Positions 38,776-44,174 of a stretch of DNA of 44,174 nt are shown here, one piece after another. Below the pieces are notes generated by a model, which ran no database searches, was not told the DNA's origin, and saw only the letters and a list, made by a program, of their open reading frames with translations. How positions within the stretch are numbered: the first letter of the stretch is position 1; every line of letters starts with the position of its first letter. Source of the stretch: an uncultured archaeon (GTDB lineage Archaea; Asgardarchaeota; Lokiarchaeia; Sigyniarchaeales; SOKP01); assembly GCA_964388035.1 (NCBI GenBank), contig CAYLZE010000036.1, positions 1-44,174 of the forward strand. The letters run 5' to 3'. Position numbers and translations under genes: made by a program.

Positions 38776-41490
38776 ATGAACGAATTAAAGATATTTCAAG
38801 AAGTTAAATTCAAGCCAAATGCAAACCCCAAATCCATGATTATAAGGGGAAAGGCACGTTTTACACTTCTCACGTCAAGACTCATTAGAATAGAATATGA
38901 TGAGAGTTCCAAGTTTGTTGATAATGCGAGTCAAGCATTTTTATTTCGTGAACAACTTGTTCCGAAATTTGAAATTATAGAGAAGGGAAACGTGTTAGAA
39001 ATAATAACGGATTATCTCGAATTATATTATTTAAATGACGGGAATAAGTTAAATTCCTCAAACTTATTTATTAAAATTATTGAGACGGGAAATACGTGGC
39101 ATTTTGGTCAAAAAAACTATACTAACCTCAAGGGAACAACCAGAACATTGGATAATACTAATGGAAAAATTCCTCTCGAAAATGGCTTGATGTCAAAAGA
39201 GGGCTGGAGTGTGGTAGATGATTCCAAATCTCTCGTTTTTGATGAACTTGGCTGGATAAGGAAAAGAGAGAAGGAAGAACTTGATCTTTATTTCTTTGGT
39301 TATGGACGCGATTTTAAACAATGTCTTAAAGATTATTGCAAAATAGCAGGATCTATAGCTCTCATTCCACGTTGGGCATTGGGAAACTGGTGGTCACGTT
39401 ATTGGGAGTACTCTCAAGAGGAATTAACGGATTTAATGAATGAATTTGAAAAAATGGAAATTCCCCTCTCGGTTTGTATCATTGATATGGATTGGCATGT
39501 TGTAAAAATCAAAGAATATTTGGAAAAACATTCCAAGGGAGATTTCACAGGAGTAAAGTTTCACGATGGATGGACGGGTTTTACATGGAATGAGGATTTA
39601 TTTCCCGATCATGAGGCATTTATTAAATTTCTCCATGAGAAGGGATTAAAAACGGCACTCAACATGCATCCTGCGAGTGGGATATATCCCCATGAGGTTC
39701 AATATGAACAATTTGCCCGATTTATGGGAATAGATCCAAAATCACATCAACCCATCGAGTTTGATTTGTCAGATCCTCGATTTGTTGAAGCGTATTTTCA
39801 GATAATTTATCATCCCTATGAACAAGAGGGAATCGACTTCTGGTGGACCGATTGGCAACAAGGAGAGTCTTCTAAGATTGAAGGCCTCGATCCTCTCTGG
39901 TGGATCAATCATCTAAGTTTCTATGACTCGGGAAGAAATAAAGACAAGCGCCCCTTCATTTTCTCTCGATGGGGGGGTTTAGGTAATCATAGGTACCCCA
40001 TAGGATTTTCTGGTGATACCTTCGCCACGTGGAACTCTCTCTCTTTTTTACCGTATTTTACAACTACTGCTTCAAACGTGGGTTTTTCATGGTGGAGCCA
40101 TGACTTGGGAGGGCACATGAATGGCAGGGGGGTAGATCCAGAATTGTACGTGCGATGGATACAATTCGGCTTATTCAGTCCGATTTTCCGATTGCATAGC
40201 ACTAAGAACCTATATAACGAACGCCTTCCTTGGATGTTCAATGAAGAAGTATTTGCCATCGCAAAACATGTAATGCAACTTCGACATTCATTCATTCCTT
40301 ATATTTATACCATGGCATGGAAAACATGTACTGAATCGCATCCCCTGATAACTCCAATGTATTATGAATATCCCAATCAAGAAGAAGCATATGAATTTCC
40401 AAATCAATATTTTTTTGGAACGGAATTATTATGCTCTCCCTTTATTTCTAAAATTGATGAGGATCTGGGACAATGCCGGCAAGAAGTATGGCTCCCCGAG
40501 GGAACGTGGTTTGATTTTTTTACAGGTGAGTATTATGAGGGAAATCAAGTCATAGCTGTGTATGGACTTTTGAATGAAATTCCCGTCTTTGCAAAAGCGG
40601 GTGCAATCATTCCACTCTCGAATTACACCTATGGAAACATTAAATGGAATAATACAGATAACCCGCGAGTGCTAGATATGATAATCTTTCCGGGAAAAGA
40701 TAATGCATTCAGTCTTTATGAAGATGATGGCATCTCGCAAGATTTTAAAGAGGGAAAGCACGTTCTTACCGAATTTGAATTGAAGAACACGAAAAAAACC
40801 TTACAATTTAGCATAAAAAAGGTTAATAAAGAAAATCCTTCTGAATTTATTTTAGGAAAAAGAGCTTATAATTTAATATTTAAAAGTATTAATCAGCCCG
40901 AGATAATAGACGTTAAAGTTAATGGAAAAGAGACTTCAATTACACCAGAATATGAAGAAGATCAACACTTCTTACAAATAAATGGAATAGAAATAACTCC
41001 CTTCGATGAAATTGAAATATTCCTTTCTATGAAGTCAGGAAATATAATTTATAACCGTGGAATAACCCTAATGAAATGCCGAAAATTATTGAGATACATG
41101 AATTTGGATTCCATTGTAAAAATGCATCTTGATAACAAGCTTGAGATTATAATAAAGTCGAGTAAAAAGATGTTGAAATTCTTTAACATGATCATGTCTA
41201 GCGTCCAATTAGCCTCGAACTCTGTTTCAGCAAATGATCTTGATTTTTTAAAGAAAGTAATTCCAATGATAATGATCGGAAATCTCATAGAAGAAATATT
41301 GAATCAACCCAAAGAAAACTTAATAAAAAACAAGCTTTATTCCCTAAATCTAACGGATTTAAATGAAGCAAAAACTAATATTTGGGAAATCATTCAGAGA
41401 AGCTTGGCTATCAAGAATCTATTTTTACTGAAAGAAAATCAAATACAAGCACTAATTGAAATGAGCCAAAATGGACGAATTAACAAATAA
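38776..41490 (+). CDS. GH31 alpha-glycosidase with an extra helical C-terminal region
   Basis: GNWWSRY, IDMDWH, nucleophile FWWTDWQQG, acid/base GFSGDT, SHDLGGH, RLH and YEDDG. Confidence 0.9.
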   Translation: MNELKIFQEVKFKPNANPKSMIIRGKARFTLLTSRLIRIEYDESSKFVDNASQAFLFREQLVPKFEIIEKGNVLEIITDYLELYYLNDGNKLNSSNLFIKIIETGNTWHFGQKNYTNLKGTTRTLDNTNGKIPLENGLMSKEGWSVVDDSKSLVFDELGWIRKREKEELDLYFFGYGRDFKQCLKDYCKIAGSIALIPRWALGNWWSRYWEYSQEELTDLMNEFEKMEIPLSVCIIDMDWHVVKIKEYLEKHSKGDFTGVKFHDGWTGFTWNEDLFPDHEAFIKFLHEKGLKTALNMHPASGIYPHEVQYEQFARFMGIDPKSHQPIEFDLSDPRFVEAYFQIIYHPYEQEGIDFWWTDWQQGESSKIEGLDPLWWINHLSFYDSGRNKDKRPFIFSRWGGLGNHRYPIGFSGDTFATWNSLSFLPYFTTTASNVGFSWWSHDLGGHMNGRGVDPELYVRWIQFGLFSPIFRLHSTKNLYNERLPWMFNEEVFAIAKHVMQLRHSFIPYIYTMAWKTCTESHPLITPMYYEYPNQEEAYEFPNQYFFGTELLCSPFISKIDEDLGQCRQEVWLPEGTWFDFFTGEYYEGNQVIAVYGLLNEIPVFAKAGAIIPLSNYTYGNIKWNNTDNPRVLDMIIFPGKDNAFSLYEDDGISQDFKEGKHVLTEFELKNTKKTLQFSIKKVNKENPSEFILGKRAYNLIFKSINQPEIIDVKVNGKETSITPEYEEDQHFLQINGIEITPFDEIEIFLSMKSGNIIYNRGITLMKCRKLLRYMNLDSIVKMHLDNKLEIIIKSSKKMLKFFNMIMSSVQLASNSVSANDLDFLKKVIPMIMIGNLIEEILNQPKENLIKNKLYSLNLTDLNEAKTNIWEIIQRSLAIKNLFLLKENQIQALIEMSQNGRINK

Positions 41491-41527
41491 GTAATTTTCC
41501 TGCCTTTTCTTTTCTCTATTCTTCTTT

Positions 41528-42724
41528 TTATGGCGATTCTTCTATTTTCATGAAAAATAAGGGGATAATGGATGCGGCTATTAAAACTCCGGCAATTCCA
41601 ATGATGTATTCTGTGGGAATTATTGCACTCAAATAAGTACCCGTGGGAGTGAATACCGCCGCGGAAACAGTGGCAAAGATCGACATTAGTTGAAAATAAA
41701 AGACATTTCCCTTACTCAAATCAATCCATAGCGACATCATGTTGATAATAATAAAGCCAGAACAGAAATAGACTCCCCCAACTAGAATAAAAAACATGTA
41801 AATCGGAGTGAAGGGAGCAATAGCTATTAAAGCTCCATCAATAAAAGAAAATATTATGACCAGTTTTTTTCTATTGTATTTGTGAGAGATGGTACCAGCA
41901 ATTAAATACCCAATCGTCATGATTACGACGAAGCTCATCATTATAAGTGAAAATATTCCGATATTCTCTTCCCCTAATTTGGAAAGGGCCCACGGTTCCA
42001 AGGGATATTGGTATAAAGCATCAGCATATAGAAAAAATACGAATATGCACATTAATAATATAGATTTTAGAGAAACCTTTTCTTTTTTAACATTCTTTTC
42101 TTTATCCAAATAAACTTCTTGTCCCCGCTTAAAAAATAAGACTAATACAATCAATGGTAATATGCAAAAAATACCAGCAAGAAAAAATATATTCCATGAA
42201 GTAAATGAACGAATATCAACTAAAAGAACAAGAGCCAAACCCATTGGGATTATTGAACCGATGAGAGAACCCAAGTTTAAACATAATGCATTCCGCTGCT
42301 TTACTTTTTTAGTGGGAGATTGAATCACGATAAATTTATCAATTGCAACGTCTAAAATTGAACCAAATACGAAATTTACAGCTAAGAAAATTCCGTATAT
42401 TATTAGCAGTTGCAAATTTGTGATCAATACGATAAAACCTGTAATAGAAGCAACTGAACTAATGATCATCCAATACCAAGCTTTTTTCATGGACTTGTCA
42501 AAATATAGTGAGATTAAGAGCTTAGCAAATAAAGCAGAATAACTAAAAATTTGAACGAACGCTAATTCTACCCTATCCACATTCAATACAGTATAAAGGA
42601 AAATTGGAACATACACGTGAATTATAGTACCTTTCACGGCACCGGCAAAATAGCCATAAAAATAAACGAGATAATTCCGTTTGTATGTCGAGCTAACTTG
42701 TATTTCAGGTTCTAGTTCAGTCAT
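41528..42724 (-). CDS. MFS transporter
   Basis: About 12 TM segments; DVAID motif and GTISHKYNRK loop. Confidence 0.85.
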   Translation of the reverse strand: MTELEPEIQVSSTYKRNYLVYFYGYFAGAVKGTIIHVYVPIFLYTVLNVDRVELAFVQIFSYSALFAKLLISLYFDKSMKKAWYWMIISSVASITGFIVLITNLQLLIIYGIFLAVNFVFGSILDVAIDKFIVIQSPTKKVKQRNALCLNLGSLIGSIIPMGLALVLLVDIRSFTSWNIFFLAGIFCILPLIVLVLFFKRGQEVYLDKEKNVKKEKVSLKSILLMCIFVFFLYADALYQYPLEPWALSKLGEENIGIFSLIMMSFVVIMTIGYLIAGTISHKYNRKKLVIIFSFIDGALIAIAPFTPIYMFFILVGGVYFCSGFIIINMMSLWIDLSKGNVFYFQLMSIFATVSAAVFTPTGTYLSAIIPTEYIIGIAGVLIAASIIPLFFMKIEESP

Positions 42725-43123
42725 GGTTGAAACTTTTTTTTAATTTTAAAAATTCGTATTCGGTAATAATAAATTAGAGTTAAGAATATAAAAACATTTT
42801 AAAAAATAGATCAAAATAAAAAAAATTGGCTTTTATTCTTACTTTATAAGTAAATCAAACTAATTGCTCTTATTTTTTAGTATCAAAAAATAGGTTATTA
42901 GTAAATTATAAAAATTGGAAGAATATGCTGCTGAATTTCGTTTAAAATTTGTAGAAAACAGAGGAATTATCACTCACGATTTCTAATTTTTAATAAAATA
43001 TTCTTTAAACTTTATTATTTCCTTTTATTGAAAGAAAAAAGGAATCTTAAATTATTTTCATGCGTTTCAAGAAATATTGAATAAAATAGAAGATATTTAA
43101 AAATGATTCTTTAAATTAATATA

Positions 43124-44174
43124 ATGTTAAAAATGTCTTTCATCGGGGCAGGATCATTAGTTTTCAGCGAGCAAGTGCTCACGGACTTGCTCTCCTTTCA
43201 CGCATTAAGAGAAGATCTAATATTATGTCTCGAAGATGTGGATTCTCATCGGCTAGAATTAATATATAATTTTTTAAAAAAATATATAGAAGATAATTCC
43301 CAAAAATTTAAAAATATAGAAATTGAAAAAACCACGGATCAGAAAAAAGCTATTCAGGAAGCTAAATATATTATATCCGCAATTCAAGTGGGAGGATTAG
43401 ATGCATTTAAGTTCGATCTAGAAATACCTCTTAACTATGGGGTCACTCAATGCGTGGGAGATACACTCGGACCAGGAGGTGTTTTTCGATTTCTTCGCAC
43501 TGCTCCTGTACTTGAATCGATCATGAAGCAAATGAAAGAAGAAGCAATTAATAATAACGATAATGAATTTACGCCCTTATTATTAAATTATGCAAATCCC
43601 ATGGCAATGAACACGTGGTATTGTAATACGATATATCCCGATTCCATGATAGGTTTGTGTCATGGCGTCCAAGACACTTCCTTTTTTTTAAGATCCATAA
43701 TTAATTCAAAACCAGAAAATTTCAGTTTTTTTTGCGCTGGAATTAATCATATGGCATGGTTTTTAGAATTATGGTATAAAAGCCCAACTGATCCCCTTGC
43801 CAAATGGGAAAATGCTTATCCCTTGATTTATGAGATTATTGAAAGAAAACAACATGTTGCTGAAAGGGAAAAAGTAAGATTCGATATGATGAAAGCCACC
43901 GGATACTTCATGACTGAATCGTCTGGACATCTATCTGAATATCTCGCTTATTATCGTAAAAGGCAAGACTTATTGGAAAAATATAAAGGTACAGAAACTC
44001 TTTTTGGACATTTAAAACATGGTGCTTACCATGAATGGAATCTTTATCAGTTAGAAAATATGGAAAAAAACTTTAAAAGAAAAATGAAAAAGAATAAAAT
44101 TAAATTCAAGAAAAAACCTTCGGATGAATATGCTTCTCACATCATCAATGCCATCGAAACGGGGATACCATTTC
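43124..44174 (+). CDS. GH4 NAD-dependent alpha-galactosidase/alpha-glucosidase (MelA-like), truncated by the window end and absent from the ORF track
   Basis: Translated by hand: MLKMSFIGAGS, QVGG, GDTLGPGG, NYANPMA, GLCHG, AGINHMAWF and TESSGHLSEY; no stop before 44174. Confidence 0.92.
   Translation, partial: MLKMSFIGAGSLVFSEQVLTDLLSFHALREDLILCLEDVDSHRLELIYNFLKKYIEDNSQKFKNIEIEKTTDQKKAIQEAKYIISAIQVGGLDAFKFDLEIPLNYGVTQCVGDTLGPGGVFRFLRTAPVLESIMKQMKEEAINNNDNEFTPLLLNYANPMAMNTWYCNTIYPDSMIGLCHGVQDTSFFLRSIINSKPENFSFFCAGINHMAWFLELWYKSPTDPLAKWENAYPLIYEIIERKQHVAEREKVRFDMMKATGYFMTESSGHLSEYLAYYRKRQDLLEKYKGTETLFGHLKHGAYHEWNLYQLENMEKNFKRKMKKNKIKFKKKPSDEYASHIINAIETGIPF

Noticed and set aside
38776-41490. 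Sulfoglycolysis pathway (GH31 as sulfoquinovosidase plus aldolase)
   Set aside because: The nucleophile motif is not YihQ-like as I recall it, no SQ isomerase or kinase is seen, and sulfatases act on sulfate esters rather than sulfonates.

Overview
AT-rich archaeal-type chromosomal window with about 38 genes and no rRNA, tRNA, CRISPR array or intact mobile element. A gelsolin-domain protein, a PGY-type (Loki-CTERM-like) sorting signal, a TrmB regulator, an MM1309-type SelB/EF-Tu-like protein and GGTG(A)/GGAG Shine-Dalgarno motifs point to an Asgard archaeon, most likely Lokiarchaeia (inference). Most genes are catabolic: peptidases, three Cys-type sulfatases with an anaerobic sulfatase maturase, GH2/GH31/GH4 glycosidases, KduD, a class II aldolase and MFS transporters. 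Main observations: (1) a homologue of the human RNA ligase RLIG1/C12orf29 (DUF5565), divergently paired with a repeat-expanded coiled-coil/PD-(D/E)XK nuclease-like gene; (2) three conserved genes and one unannotated small ORF that appear to start at ATT/ATA codons 7-8 nt behind an SD motif; (3) a SelB-like protein with no GTP-binding motifs; (4) a methyltransferase with two in-frame stops but an intact frame; (5) a hydrolase with Ala in place of the catalytic Ser. All family calls come from motif recognition by eye; no database searches were run.
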